Source: Selaginella moellendorffii (lineage: Eukaryota > Plantae > Lycopodiophyta). From it: a stretch of 64,000 bases of DNA. This document shows, piece after piece, positions 1-13,679 of the stretch. The translations under genes and the position numbers were made by a program. The stretch's first letter is position 1. Every line of letters begins with the position of its first letter. The notes beneath the pieces were generated by a model, which searched no databases, was not told where the DNA came from, and worked only from the letters and a program-made list of their open reading frames with translations. Location: the NCBI RefSeq assembly GCF_000143415.4, contig NW_003314283.1, positions 737,955 to 801,954 of the forward strand. The letters run 5' to 3'.

Positions 1-789
1 AAGGAATAAGAAATGTGCCTATTAATTAGCCCAAAAACCTTAATTTATATACAATAGCAAATGGTTTATCTAATTAGAATTAGTTTTAAAGGAATAAGGA
101 TAGAATCAAATGGTAAAACAAAGTTTAATGTGTAATTACCAAGTCATATATTTATTTGCAATTGAAACTTTTAAAATAGATTCTATAGGCTATTCATTCT
201 TATAGATGTAAAAATAACTTATGCTGTGACACGGGAGTTGTCCCAAACCCCATGGGACAATTAGTAATGTTTGATGAAAGTCACCCTTAAAATAATAACA
301 ATGCCATGGAATGGAGATATATTTTTCTAGCTCAATTGCCAGAGGCCGACTCAGTCATAACGTAGAACATTGTCTTTGTACATGTCTGTACATCATAAAG
401 TAGAACATTCTCTCTGTATTATATATTCTCCAAGTAATGATGCTTGTAGCACTTAAACATATCAAGTATGGAGTCCACAGCAAGAGCAAGCAGTGTAACA
501 AATCCATTGTTAGCCTTCACTCTGAATGTGACACGAAAGAAGTACCTGTCTCAAAGGTGACATGATCTGAACTTCTGTGGAAAATAGACCACATGCCATC
601 AGTCTAAGGGTATAGTTCAAGAAGACCAGCAGGATATCAGATCGACATCAATAATCTCTGATTGGTCCAAGTAACCACTCCAAAACTTGATTTTGTTGCC
701 CCTGTCTCTAATTACATCGGGTAGCAGTTAAATATATCTAAAATATACGTGGCAGTAGAACTTACAACCAGTAAGGATTCGAGCGTCAT

Positions 790-3340
790 AGTTTCAGCAA
801 TAATTGTGATATACCAAAGATGACTACTAACTTCATTGATGATATTTTGATCCACTCAGAAGGGATATAGGAGGAACACGTTTGTGATGTTCGTAAGGTG
901 TTGGATCGGGTACGAGAAGTTGGTTTAAAGCTGAAGTAATTGAAGTGCGTGTTTAAGTCCAAAGACACAACTTATTTTGGGTATTGTATTTCTCATGAGG
1001 GTTTGCAAGTTGATCTTGACAAATTTGTGGCTATTCTAAAGTGCCTTACTACAAAGTGTGTGAATCATGTGCAATACTTCCTGAGCAAGGTCCAGTATCT
1101 CGCTCTTTTTGTTGATCATCTTTCTAATCACATTGCACTATTGCAAGCATTGTTAAAGTCGTCAATGTCATCTTTCATTTGGTCTGTAGACTGTGAGCAA
1201 GCAAATATGGATCTAAAAGAGCTGTTGACAACTCCTTCAGTTTTGGCATATCTTAACTACACTTGACCTTCCATTTTACACGTGGATGCTTCTGATATCG
1301 GTCTTAGAGGTGTATTGATGCAAAAAAGCTTGAGTGTGTTTGATTAGTGCCATCCCATTGGACATATCAACCACATATTATAACTAAAAGAGGTGAAGTA
1401 CTATACGACAAAAAAGGAGTGTTTAACAGTAGTTTGGGGTTGTGAGAAACTTTATGCATATTTATATGGTTTTTAGACATTACTAGAAGGTGATCATGCT
1501 GTAATTACTTCATTATTGAAACGGAAAAATTTGGTTAGTTGTATTACTTAGTGGGCTTTAAAGCTTCAAATATATAATTTTAATGTTGTTCATCACCCGG
1601 GGGGTTTTATGGCTAATGCTGATGCCCTTTCTTGAGCTCTTCTTCTTTTTTCGCTCTCTTTTCATATTTCTAACAAACATGTTATTCCAAAATTTGTGAA
1701 TTTTTTGGATGAGGATTCTGTGCCGTTGGTGGTTGTTGTATTTGATATTCATGGTTTACAAGATGTAGAGCAAAATTTACCTTCTCTTGACGAAGTTTAT
1801 AAGGCCCAAAAGATTGAGCTGTAGATTTTAAAGCTTTGCAATGGGTTTGAGAATTTTGTATCATTTGTTGATGATTTGCCATTTCAATATTTACATTTTC
1901 AATATTTCCTTGATGATAATCTTCTTTATTTTGTGAGAACAGATCCTAGTGATTACTTATGGCTAGTGATGCTTTCAATCTTTATTCTACACTTTCTCCA
2001 TTCCTATCATAATTCTCCTAATTCTCCTATGGGACATCGTCGTATAATTGAGAAGTTGTATAGGCCTTTCTATTGGCCAGAGATGCAATATAATATTATT
2101 TGATATGTGCATAGTGACATTTAGTACCAAGTTCATTATACTCCCCCTCATGCTACAAAAGGACGGTTGGAGTCAATTACAATTTTCTATCCATTTGAGT
2201 TAGTGGTGTTTGATTTGATAAGACTTTTTCTATGATTGACTATTGATAATGAATATGTCATTATTGCTTTTGACTACTTAACTTATTGAGTGGAAGTAGG
2301 TGCTCTTCCTAGCGCATTTACAACTGTTGTTGGGTACTTCCTCCTTAATCAAGTAGTGTTCCAACATTCCTATCTTGAGCGGATTATTTTGGATAATAGT
2401 CCCATATTTATGACTGAGGCATTTTATGTTTTGACGTTTTAATTGGGGATATGCCACACTTTTATGAGTGTTTATCATCCATAATTAGATGGTTTGATAG
2501 AACAGCTTGTTCATACCTTCAAAGGGATGATCATAAAGTATGTAAACTTTTAGCATTTAGATTAGGATGGATATTTGCCATATTTTCGGTATCTGTATGT
2601 TATAGGGCTATAAAGTTTTATTAGTGCTTCACCATATAAACTTCTATATAGTCATAATTCAATATTGCTAACAAAGTTAGGTTTACCTTTGCAATTGTTA
2701 CAAACTGCTAATGCTAGGTTGTGGGATCAATATTTGACAAGCATTCATCCACTTGTCCAAGTAGAATTTACCGAACACCTGGGCCATGTACAAGTGGGAT
2801 AATAACATTATAACTCCCATCATTGTTCACCTGCGGAGTATAAAGTAGATGACTTAGTGTTAATCTGTTTTCTCCATCTTATGGTACATGGATTATCTAA
2901 AGGGTTCCTTGCTTAGTAGAAATATCCATATCGAGTGTTGTGGCAAGTTGTACTACAAGTTTATGAGGTTTAGCATGATATTTAACAAGCCAATCCTTCA
3001 GAAATTGTGCATGTGCAGTGGCTAAAATACTTCATACAAAAAGATTAGGAATAATTAGCACCATCTACAAATCCACTAATGCCTCCTCCTGATGTTCCTC
3101 TAGACCCTGGCCTATCCATGAAAGAACCTTGATTGTGTTTTATTATTCTGAGACGAGGGAATAATATAAGGTCCAAATGTATGGCAATGATGCTATATAT
3201 TAATATTAACATAGTGGGATTTTGGTAGCTATTGAATTGGTTTCAATCTGGACTACTCACTCCTATATACAAGCTAGGGTTTTTGGGTTTATTAATATGC
3301 ACATATCTTGTATTCTCTTTCTATATTCCATGCACTCATA
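790..3340 (+). mobile_element. Degenerate Ty3/Gypsy LTR retrotransposon, 3' half (RT C-terminus, RNase H, integrase, PPT, 3' LTR)
   Basis: FIDDILIHSEG RT core at ~832-864; KCVF...YFGY; RNase H-like 'VDASDIGLRGVLMQ' at ~1282; integrase-like 'MGHRRIIEKLYRPFYWPEM' at ~2029 and 'PERIILDNSP'-like text at ~2370-2400; many stops and frameshifts; purine tract at 3150-3163 precedes the LTR. Confidence 0.9.
3165..3340 (+). repeat. 3' LTR of the left Gypsy element
   Basis: Aligns by eye to 50180-50403 (ccaaatgtatggc...ttcaat..ggac.actcactcctatata...attccatgcactca); lies directly after the PPT. Confidence 0.8.
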
Positions 3341-3564
3341 AAATTTTATTAATTTGATATACATACTTCTTAGTGGAAGAAGATTTAATAAAAAAATATT
3401 CAAAAAAATATTTACATATTTAAATATTTACTAAATATTAAACTAATATATAAATAAATTTAAATATACTCATATAATATATCACTTAGTAAAGTCAATA
3501 CAAAAATATTAAATAATTTTCCATCATGAATGTCACTTAAAAAAACTTATTCAACAAAGTTTTC

Positions 3565-3567
<3 letters not shown>

Positions 3568-3631
<64 letters not shown>
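3568..3631. repeat. (TA)n microsatellite, ~32 units
   Basis: Seen directly. Confidence 0.98.
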
Positions 3632-3635
<4 letters not shown>

Positions 3636-4175
3636 TTTTAAATTAAGGTTTCTAATCTGAAAATAAAACTTTTTCTCAGTATACTCATACAAAAAAAAAT
3701 AGCAAAGAAAAGATTTTAATGATAATAGTATTTTGAATTTTTACAATGTCTTTTTATAAGTTTTCTTAATGTATTAGAATTTTATTAAAACATTTAAAAT
3801 AAAATTTATATTTTTTGGTTATATCAAACTCAATCTAAATTTATAACTTGTAAAAAAGAATAAATGAACATTTTATAATATGAATATTGAAAAATTACTC
3901 ATTTCAAACATTATTAAACTAAACCAAGTATATCTCTTTACAAATCATTAAGTTATAAATTATTACATTATTAAACTCTCTCTTTATAGAATGTGTGATG
4001 TAGGCATGATTTGTTAATATTATAAAGAAATGAAGTTTTTTTTATTAATATATACTAAGTGGAAATAAAAAATATAAGAAATTTTTTCACACTAGTGTTG
4101 CATTCCCAATTTATGTTGTTATGAGTTTTTATACAAAATAATTAGAGAAAATAAAAATAATTCATCATATTATTA

Positions 4176-4275
4176 NNNNNNNNNNNNNNNNNNNNNNNNN
4201 NNNNNNNNNNNNNNNNNNNNNNNNNNNNNNNNNNNNNNNNNNNNNNNNNNNNNNNNNNNNNNNNNNNNNNNNNNN
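4176..4275. other. Assembly gap (100 N)
   Basis: Run of N inside an AT-rich tract. Confidence 1.
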
Positions 4276-5498
4276 GCAAGTTTTCTATTTGGATATTTTA
4301 AATATTTTTTGCTAAATAAATTTTAATTCTTAAGGGAGGTTAAAAACTATTTATGATGGTCATGTATACCAATGTTTTTTTATTACTAGCGTATTAATAA
4401 TGAAAAATATTCTCTAATATACATAATAAGATTCAGTTATATACATCTTAAAAGGTAATTTTTGAAAAATATTTCTATCTAGACTCCTTATAAAAATATT
4501 AAATTATTTATTTTAAATTTAAATATTATACTTAAAAAGATGTTATAAAATTTATAGACATAATAAATGAGATAGAATATTAAAGAGTTTTGCTAACTTT
4601 GTTTTTTATTTTAAAAAAATTATTAAAATCTATAAAATATTACTTTATCAATATTGGTATTTTGAATCTGTAAAATATATTTATTTAAATGTTTCTAAAT
4701 ATTTTTTTTACTTCTTTTTAAAGATAAATTTATTAAGCTTTATTATTATGGTATGCTCACCCTTCATTTAGCACTCATTGTGATTTATAAATTGTATACT
4801 TATATAAAAAATTGATGGATAACACTAATTAATTTCTAATGGTTTTTGTTATTAGAGATTTACTAATAGGTTGAATAAGTTTTTGAAAAACATATCAATG
4901 TAAAAGTCAAAAAAATATTATTTAATTGCATTAATAATTACTTGCATCTATAAATCCTTCCCAATACCACTGAAGTTAGGGTTTTATTTGTGGACAAGAT
5001 TTTTAAATTATCAGATTAGTGTAAACTAGATCATAATTTATTTATATAATATATAGCTTTATTAATTGGTATCATACTAATTTGAAATATGTATGCTTAT
5101 TATGTAGGACCTTCTTTGATCAGGGTGTGATAATTGATTAAAGAATTATTCATTTAAAGAAGGAATTACAGAAAGAGAGAAAGTTAACGGAAGAAGATTC
5201 AATGAAATCAAAATAATATCCAAATCAATTACTCTTTATTAAATATAATATTAGTAAATAAATGTTTTTAGATATATTCATAGAAAGTATGCAAGCTATC
5301 ATCTAGTAAAGCCAATGTTAACTGTGGATGGGAGATTGGGCAATGTTTGCTAATGTTGCAAAGGACAGGAACCTTTTTCATTCTTAATATATATTAAATG
5401 GGAATAAAAAATAAGAACAGTTAAAGCTGGCACTAAGATTCCACTCCCCCTCAAGCACTTCCCCAAGTTGTCTTCCATGAGAGCTCTTCAAGTAGAGC

Positions 5499-6437
5499 TC
5501 AAACTCTTTCGTCTTGTTGCAGGCAGTTTCCTGACGCTGCCGTCCGGATTCCACTCTCCCTCAGGTACGCCCAGCCTCCCCTCTGATACAAGAAGTCCTG
5601 CTCCGACTCATTGAGGCATTCTTCCTCGAGTTGAGAGCAACTCTGGCTTGTTATGTGCCACACCCTGAAAGGAACGTCACGAGGCTTGTCCACTGCCCGG
5701 CGCTTCAAAAACAGCTGCTGTAAACCCGCAAAGTCTTTCCTGAGCAGCTCTGCAAACTTGGTGTTGCCACACACGAAAACAGTCCTCCAGGAGCCAGCGC
5801 CTCCGTCGATGTCAGTGGCTGCTTCGGCAAACAGATTAGCCGACTCCGCACATTCCGCATCATCCTGCTGGCCATGGAGCTTGAGCCATTCCGGAATAAC
5901 CTGCGAGGACAAAGAAGAAGAATCAATACTATCGATCAAGGAGAAACCTTCTTCATTGAAAGTCACCGTCTTGCTTAGGGTTGGCAGCATTGCCTTGGGT
6001 CGCCCAAACAATGTGATCACCCTCCAGCCCGGTACCTGGTCGTAGTTGTGGTGTGCAAACAAGGCACCGAAACGGAGACGCTTGGTCACCCAGGCGCCCA
6101 GCTCCGTTCCTCGGAGATGAGCATCATTGAACACCTGGTAGGCAGCCTTGTCGCACAAGAAGACGTCGCTCTTCTTCCCATCCTCGTCCCGAGGAGTGTC
6201 CCTGTTACGAACTGGAAAGAAGCCATACTTCATAGCCACCACCTCATCCAGTCCGGTGGGGTGGAGCTTGCCTGGAATGGGGACCCAACCAGTGGCCTCC
6301 TCCTCCTCCTCCGTGCATGGACGCCTCGGGGAGGCGTCACCCCTGCTGCTACGACTGTGCCCGGGGCTCCTGGAGCGCGGCCTCTCGCCCGAGCGTGGCC
6401 TTCCATCGTCGTGCCTGCGCAAGCTAGAGTCATCCAT
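5499..6437 (-). CDS. Intronless hypothetical protein (~312 aa) with an Arg/Ser-rich N-terminus
   Basis: Uninterrupted GC-rich ORF in AT-rich surroundings; first ATG at 6437 (MDDSSLRR); no family recognised. Confidence 0.65.
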   Translation of the reverse strand: MDDSSLRRHDDGRPRSGERPRSRSPGHSRSSRGDASPRRPCTEEEEEATGWVPIPGKLHPTGLDEVVAMKYGFFPVRNRDTPRDEDGKKSDVFLCDKAAYQVFNDAHLRGTELGAWVTKRLRFGALFAHHNYDQVPGWRVITLFGRPKAMLPTLSKTVTFNEEGFSLIDSIDSSSLSSQVIPEWLKLHGQQDDAECAESANLFAEAATDIDGGAGSWRTVFVCGNTKFAELLRKDFAGLQQLFLKRRAVDKPRDVPFRVWHITSQSCSQLEEECLNESEQDFLYQRGGWAYLRESGIRTAASGNCLQQDERV

Positions 6438-7509
6438 TCCGTCTTTTATCAAGAGCCCTAATTTCTACGGCTGCTAATACCCTAATCTCCCAGATTAGGG
6501 CGAGTTACGGCAAAGCTAGATTTGCAAGAATAATATAAATTCATAGGTATATATATTGATCAGTATAGGCCAAGTTTATCTTTTATTATTCAACTGATTA
6601 CCACACATTGCATCTACATCATGCATTTATGTCTCCATTAAGAGCTTGGAACCTTTTGTACCACACATTGGTTTCGAAGAGCCTGAAGTGCACCCAATAG
6701 TTAAGATGGTTGAAGTTATTAATGTCCATCTGGCTTATTGCTGAACTCACATTGATGATGCAAGGTCTATGGTGAGATTGTATCTCATGAGATGAAGCAA
6801 GCACTAAATCATCATCCAAATTCCATAGAAATTCATGCTTATAACATCCTTGGAACATTGGATTGCCCAAGTTCTCATTTCTTAAAGATTCCAACATTGT
6901 TGACCTGTAATTAATTTAGTACAAACCACCAAACTTAGTTTCAATCCATTTAGCAAAGTTTTGGATGGATTAGCTTCTCACGACCAAGACGTGGAACTGA
7001 AGTGTTGCCAGATTAATCCTTTGATCCTGCTTGAGAGAATTCAGAGCCACCAACCCTCTCTGCTCGTCTCTGGCAGTCAGGACCGTCATCGCCAGGCCTT
7101 GAGCAATGGCAAACCCAAGGCCCTTGTTGCTCCCAGTCACCACAGCAATTGTATCTTTGGACCACTATCTTATATCGAAGATTTGGATCCAGGAAGAGCA
7201 TTCCAAGAGACTAGTTAAGTGATGAAAGAACTTTCTCTAGACACTTAATGATTGCAAGAGTCCGCCATAGCTTATGTGGTTGGAAATACAATCTTCGTAA
7301 GTTTTCATGGTGCTTGCAACTGGCGACAAATGACAACTGTGGTGAAACTATTGTTAAGCTGGAACTTCTCAGCAATCTTCTTCAAAATAAATCTTCTTCT
7401 TTTTGCAAGGTTTGGCATATGCAATTTGCTATGCATTCCAAGTCGTCTACGTGCTTGTAGTTTGAAACTCGTCCAAACACGAAATCATGTTCTTGAAGAG
7501 TGAGGTGCT

Positions 7510-9280
7510 GCGATGAGTGGTCTTTTTGTCGACGAGCGAGTTGTGGTCTTTTTGTCGAATGGATCAGTAGGTAACCACAAAAAAGAGGGAAAGAGCTTAC
7601 ATGCTTTTGTTGATTCATGTTTTTCTGGTATCCCTCTACCCTGGAAACGAAGACTCGCAAAAGATTCGTGCTAAGTCTTTGTTTGAGGTCAACGAAAATG
7701 ACTCCAAAGGTTTTTCTTTCTTTCTTGGTTGGTTTTTCTCAAAAAAAATAAAATCTCAGGTGATGGTAACTTTTTTAAGATAGCGGGAGTGATTACTGCA
7801 CTTCTCAAAGTCTTGGTACGTTTTTCTCTCTCTCACTTTTGAAAAATTCTTTGTCCAGGAAGGTCGGGTTTGATTCTAGCAGAGGGGATCTTCTCCAGGG
7901 CAAGGTAAAACTTGTGAGCTTTTTTCACTCCTCTGCAGGATTAGTTCGTGAGCTTGTTCTTGCTGTTGTATTTTGTATTTGGTGTTGGTCCTGTCGTAGA
8001 TTCTTTCGGGTAGTTTGCTAAGTTCGAAATTTTCTAAATGGCCTTTATTGTACCTGGAGTTTTTTTTTTTTTTTTTTTGACAATTCTTGGAGGTATATAG
8101 TTTCAAGCTAAATCAAGCACAAACTCACCGTTATTTCTTACAGGAATCAATGAACCAATCCATATGGCAATGGTATCGGCCTTAGGGTATGTTATGAGTT
8201 TCTGTAAGTCCATTTCCTCTTTTGATCTCATAGCAAGATCTCTGAAGAAGACAGAAAACGAGAACTCATTGAAAGAACTTCACATGCCATACGTGAGAAT
8301 CAGTTTTGCTTTTTTTTCCTACTTTTACATCTTGTTTGCACGGATATCTTTGAGCCTTGGCATTCTCATGTACAAATTAGCAGCTTTTCTTATTGATACT
8401 ATTGTGCCATGATGGCCTTCTATCGTAAAATCTCAGTTTTTTTCATTTTAACGGATTGTTGTTGAAAACAAGCGCTGGACTGATAACGAGAAGCATGGTT
8501 ATACTTCAGGTAGCTTCAGAAGAAGAAAAACACTCAAGTTGCAAAACCATCCTCTTGAGCCAGCTGACCGTGCTTGGCTATGCAAGTTTGAGGTACCAAG
8601 CTGGCTCTATCAAGCATATCGACCATTCGCTCTCGAAGTTCTGGTTACAAGACAAAAGATTCGTGTGTTCTTGACTGTGTTCTTGGTGTTTTACTCGCTT
8701 TGGCCTCGACAGTGGGAGCTTTGGCTCAATGGCCTGTTAGCTTTTTCTTTTGAATCAGATCTTTGCTCAAGATGATCGAGGTCTGAGATGGGAAAATCCT
8801 TTTGCAGACAAACATGTCAAGGAGGTAGTGAAGTAATTTTTGCTCTACAGTCTTTCATTTCTTCGCTTTCAGGTGTGTTTACTTATGATACCCACGGCCA
8901 TATCCAGCTCGCTGCTGACAAAATTCATCCTCACTCGCGCATGACTGTGGCGGAGTTTTTAGAACGAAGTGGAGACTCCACGCTTGTGGGCTTTCTTCAA
9001 CGCTTAAGAGGTATTAAATTCTTTTCACACAAAAATTGTGGGACCTGGCATGGCTTTAGATTTTCTTCTTTTTCATGTTGCAGAATTTTTTCCGGAAATA
9101 TGTATCAACTCTTGAAAGAAGCTGTCAGAGGAACTTTAAAGTTGAAAAGGAATTGCTTCATCAGAGGTGCAAGAGATCCAAAGACAAACTTCAGGAGGTG
9201 AAATCGAAGCTGGTTAAGGCAAGCTTTCCTACTGTGATTCAGTTTAAAGCACCTGACTTGAGAGGAGGACTGACTTGAAA
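7510..9280 (+). other. Possible multi-exon gene or pseudogene of unknown function
   Basis: Alternating short exon-like blocks and ~50-60 nt pyrimidine-rich GT..AG segments (e.g. gtacgt 7817, gtaaaa 7905, gtgaga 8293, gtacca 8593, gtagtg 8825); open peptides such as KTLKLQNHPLEPADRAWLCKFE and VFTYDTHGHIQLAADKIHP; full model not resolved. Confidence 0.35.
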
Positions 9281-9595
9281 GATTGCTTACCAGCCGGGAC
9301 CTGCAAATACATGTAGCTGCAAATTTTAGCCATATCCAGCATCGTAGACCACAGAATATGCCCAACACATACCCAAGCCTGTGCACATGAAGAATTTGGA
9401 CAATATGAAAATGAATTCAAAGCATGCAATTCTACTTTGAGCTTTTCAGATTCTGCCGCCTTGATCGTTTGGGGATCGTGGCATCCGCGAGTGTGTCGGG
9501 GTCGCCCAACCTCCCGTGGCACATTTAGTTTGCAAGAGTGCTAATTAGGAATATCTAATATTCTCCTCTTTAGAAAGCTAAATCGATGCATCAGG

Positions 9596-10871
9596 ATGCC
9601 GAAGAGAAAGTGGGACGGCATGATAGACAGGATCAAGAAGAGCATGACCCATGCGTGTACCCAGAGGAAGAGGCCAATGGATCCTTCAATCTGGTCGCGG
9701 TTGCCCCAAGACATCCAACAAGAGCTCATCACTCTCCTCCCAATCCCGACGCTCTGCCGCTTCCGCTCCCTCTCCAAGGGTTGGCACGCGGCAATCCTGC
9801 AGCAGCAGTCACGGAAGCAGTGGTACATCTCCCTTGGTAACTCTGCTAAGCTTCAAATTTCACCCGACGGTATCTCCTGGAAGGTGTTGTTCACTCTCCC
9901 CCTCTCAAAGGGAAGCATGAGCACTTGCTCGGCAGGCTTGGTACTGGCCTTCTGTCTCGCCACGGAAAACTTTGTGGTACTCAATCCAATGCTTCAAAGC
10001 AGGCAGGAGCTGCTTCCGCGGCTGGACGAATATGTGATCTTCACTGCTATTCAATCAGTGCCATGCAGCAGCGAAACACTCTCGTACATCGTTGTTGCAG
10101 TGACTTCCATGACTGTTGGCGACCTGCGGATGCACTTGTATGATTCCAGGGCGGCAGCGTGGCTCTCTGCTGTAAGCTTCCCTATGCCAGACCGGGCCAA
10201 TGGCGAGCTCTTTTGTTGTGCCACAGACGATGGCTTGAACAACTGCATGCTGCTCCAGGACGATCATCTGTACTTCTTCACTATTTCACCAGGAAATGTG
10301 ACAACACTCAAATCCTTCAACGTGTGGAACCCCAAGGCCACCCTCCAAACCGTGGCAACCTGGACAAGCCTCCCCTTGGGCTTTGAACGGCAACCATCGT
10401 ACGAAGACGCGGCTTGTTTTGCTAGGAGCGGATACGGCTATGCAAGAAAGGATATGTCTCTCATCTTTTGTGGAGGTGACTCTGCATTCTGGTGTGGTAT
10501 GTTTGTAGCTGATCGTTGTGGTAATTGCAGGAAAGATACTGCTTGGCATGATGGACCCAAGTGACGACCTCAGCGACCGTGGAAGCCGCAGGTTTGGTTT
10601 TGTGTATCTGGATGAGGAGAGTCGCAGCTGGCAGGCGATGACATCCCTGAGCTTAGGCAGTGTTTTTTCGCCCGAAATCTTCAAAAAGTCTCCATGCACC
10701 TTCATGCTGGCTGCTGGAAACAATAACAGTACCGAGGTGACACTGCTCTTTCATTACAAATGGGGATGCGTTTTAGATCTAGCTTCTGGTACCTGGCGTG
10801 CCAATTATTGGTACCCAGAGGCAAAGGCATATGCGTTTCTTCCATTCTATCCTTCCTTCCAGAAGTTCTAG
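9596..10871 (+). CDS. F-box protein (N-terminal F-box, beta-propeller-like C-terminus), 2 exons
   Basis: F-box motif MDPSIWSRLPQDIQQELITLLPIPTLCRFRSLSKGW; a 55-nt GT-AG intron at 10476-10530 joins ORFs 9596-10564 and 10518-10871 in frame (LIFCGG-KILLG). Confidence 0.85.
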
Positions 10872-11521
10872 TTTTTGCAGTTGTCATCACCTAAGAAACA
10901 TCACAACAATAAGTTATTTATTTATATGTAGGTTTTCTGCAAAATCCCCTAGAATATTCTTTGCATCTTACAATCACGACCATGAAGGCACTTTTATGAA
11001 AGACTGTAGCATAAATTGGTAACAGGAATAAAGAATTCCTTGACTACACAATGTTCTTGGATGGAGTGAACCTTAGTGTCTCACTTCTAAAGACTTGGTG
11101 TTTCCCAATTGTCACATCTTCTGATCAAATTGCCTGTTACTTGCTGTTCCTAGGCATCCCAATTCACCCTTGTTTATAGCGTTTAGAGAGCACGAGCTCG
11201 TAGGTTGGCGTGCAAGTTTCTCATGTTATTGGGAGCATAAATCATCTCGGTTCTTATAATTTTGTTTTTGTTCTTTTATTTTCAAAGCATTCTAATTTTT
11301 TAAGTAAATCGTGAAATACTCACCTTCAATAAAAAGATGTCAAAGATAGTTCATTATATCCCTCAGCAACAAAGAATTATGAAGCGACACCTTCTTGCAT
11401 TTGCCTTCTCCAGGGAGCCAGAAGAACCTTTTTCATCCTTCTAGGAAGGTCCAAGGTTTCCCAGGGACGCTCGGATGGTGGCCACTTGTTCTGGGACTCC
11501 AATCCCCCTCAACCGAGTGAA

Positions 11522-13344
11522 CTAACGTTCTTCTCGTTGTGGTCTATTTGGATTTGAGACCATGTCCATCATCATTTTCTCCGGAGAGTCTTGCCAGTTC
11601 CCAAAGGCCTTCAAATCCACCTAGGAAAAAACCCATCGGAAGTGAAACAGGCACATCTCACTCTCAAAACGCTCTCAGAAGTGAAAAAATCTGCACACAC
11701 CTTTCTGCGCTGCTCAGCAAAAAGCTTTTCGCGTTGCTGGAATGTCGCCATTCTTTCCTGCGCGGTTTTACTCCCCAGGCCCCAGACTTCCACCTCCAAA
11801 ACTTGGCAGCATAGTGGAGCATATCCCTGCTTAAGTCACAGATAAGTCTTGTTTTTAAACATTATCAAAGCGGAAGCACCTGATAAGGAAGAATAAATCC
11901 AGCTTGGTATGTCTTGTCCACAGCGTGATGCCTCAAAGTCACCGTGGAGAAGTCGTCACTGATCCAAATACGCTCGTTTTCCACGCTTCCACCAAAGCCA
12001 ATTCCATTTGGCATCGGTCTAGAGTTGTAGCCACCACCAGGAGCAGTCTTGTGACTGTAGACATAGTTCTTCTCCTTGCCTGAATTGATGGAAAAATGAG
12101 AAACAGAAGAAAAAGTAATCACCGACCTGTAGGATGAAGAGCAATAAACTCGGGATCCAAACAGATCAAGCACGAGTTGCTAGTTCCATAGAAGTTACTC
12201 TTGTTTTCAAGGCCGCTGGGTATCACAGCCGCGAGCAACCAGGTCTTGGACGGATCTTCGGCAGACATCCCAGAAAAGAGAAACAGCACAGCTTCTCTAT
12301 ATCCTTCCACCTGTGACCATAAACGATTCATTCCTTTTCCATGCACAGGAGACCTGTAGCCTTCATCTTCCTTCTTAGAAAAGCAATCGAAAGTAAAAGA
12401 CTAGTTTGAGTACCTGTAGAGGAGAGTAATTGAATCTTCCAAACACGCTGACAAGAGAGTGTCTCCAGTCTTGTCTTTGAGAGCCAGTGCTAGAGACCAT
12501 AGCCTTCCTGGTGTCAAGTGTCCAGGCAAGTGAGAGAGGCCGCTTTTCACTTCGGTGTCCTCGTCCTGGAAAAACGATCTCAGTGTCAAAAGAAAAGCTT
12601 GAGGAGAGAGTACCTGAAACAAGCAGTACTGGACGTAATCCACGAACACGTTGCCAAGACTTGGAATAGTAGCAAGCATCCACGAGTATAAATCCTTGAG
12701 AGGGACTTTCTCGCTGTCTTGGAATGCCCCTCGGACGAGAGGCTCCACAACCGGCAATTCAATCCCGTTGCTTAGCCTTTTGTAGAAAGTCATCAGCCAG
12801 CAAAGCCAAAGAACGTCTCGGAATTCTCGGGAAGAAACCTGACCTTCCAAGTTCTCGTCCAGATCACTGGAAGTCTCGGACGAACTCTTCTTCCCTTGGC
12901 TCTTGAGGCTGCGCACGAAAAGCAGTAGAAATCTCAGTCTCGTAGACACTAAATTTTGCTGGCAGCAACCATCGTAGCCTTTGAGAAAACCTGGCCAACT
13001 TACGTATCCTTCCACGGGCTTGAAAGCCACCGCCGTGAGGGTCGACCCAAAATTCTCGAGCAAGGATTTTAAATCTGAGCTTTCTTCGCCGGGAAGATCT
13101 TTGATGCGTCCCACTTCCATGCCAAAACATCTCTGGATTCACGACGATCACCTGTAAGTTCCAGAAATTTTAAGAAGAAAAACCAACATACCTCGAGCTT
13201 TGATTCGTGAATAGCGTTTGGACCCTCGGATTTCGTCAAGCGCGAGAATGCGCTGGCCAGGAGCTCGAAATCTCGCCCCAGGCGACTCCGCAAGTTCTGT
13301 AGCTCCTTTTGCTCATCGGTGAGTGTGGAGGAAGCTCCGCCCAT
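11522..13344 (-). CDS. TLDc (TLD)-domain protein, multi-exon
   Basis: MGGASS start (possible N-myristoylation); LLYRSS..HGKGMNRLWSQVEGY; GIGFGG..ERIWISDDF; EVEVWGLG; C-terminus WQDSPEKMMMDMVSNPNRPQREER, stop at 11522. Confidence 0.9.
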
Positions 13345-13679
13345 GGCACCGGACTGGAATCTCTCCCCAGGAAGAAAATCACGTAGGAATTCTTCACCAC
13401 AGATGGATTCCCAAGATCAAATTCCGCTCAAGAAGGTCGCGATCACACTCACCGAAGCATCGCCACGGACACCATTGCATAGCTCCTCGCGTTCGCCAGA
13501 GGGCGACTCTCTTTAGGGCTAGCGCGCGACGTAACTATGTAAAAATTTCAAAGTAAACAACGTGGCAGCTTTTCATTGCGCTTTGTCAGTGACGTGGCAT
13601 ATTATTTTGTGGCACGTGTCAATCAATTTCGACTTTGGAGTGGACATCTCTTGTTCTTGTTTTTGGTCGGTATTTTACG

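Noticed and set aside
3340-5330. AT-rich tract as a defined element
   Set aside because: No termini or TSD could be discerned, and it is interrupted by an assembly gap
6480-6520. Hairpin plus CTAG as a Helitron 3' end
   Set aside because: CTAG is followed by A rather than T, and no 5' TC end or Rep/Hel remnant was identified
10476-10564. Apparent frameshift making the F-box gene a pseudogene
   Set aside because: A 55-nt GT-AG intron (10476-10530) joins the two ORFs in frame
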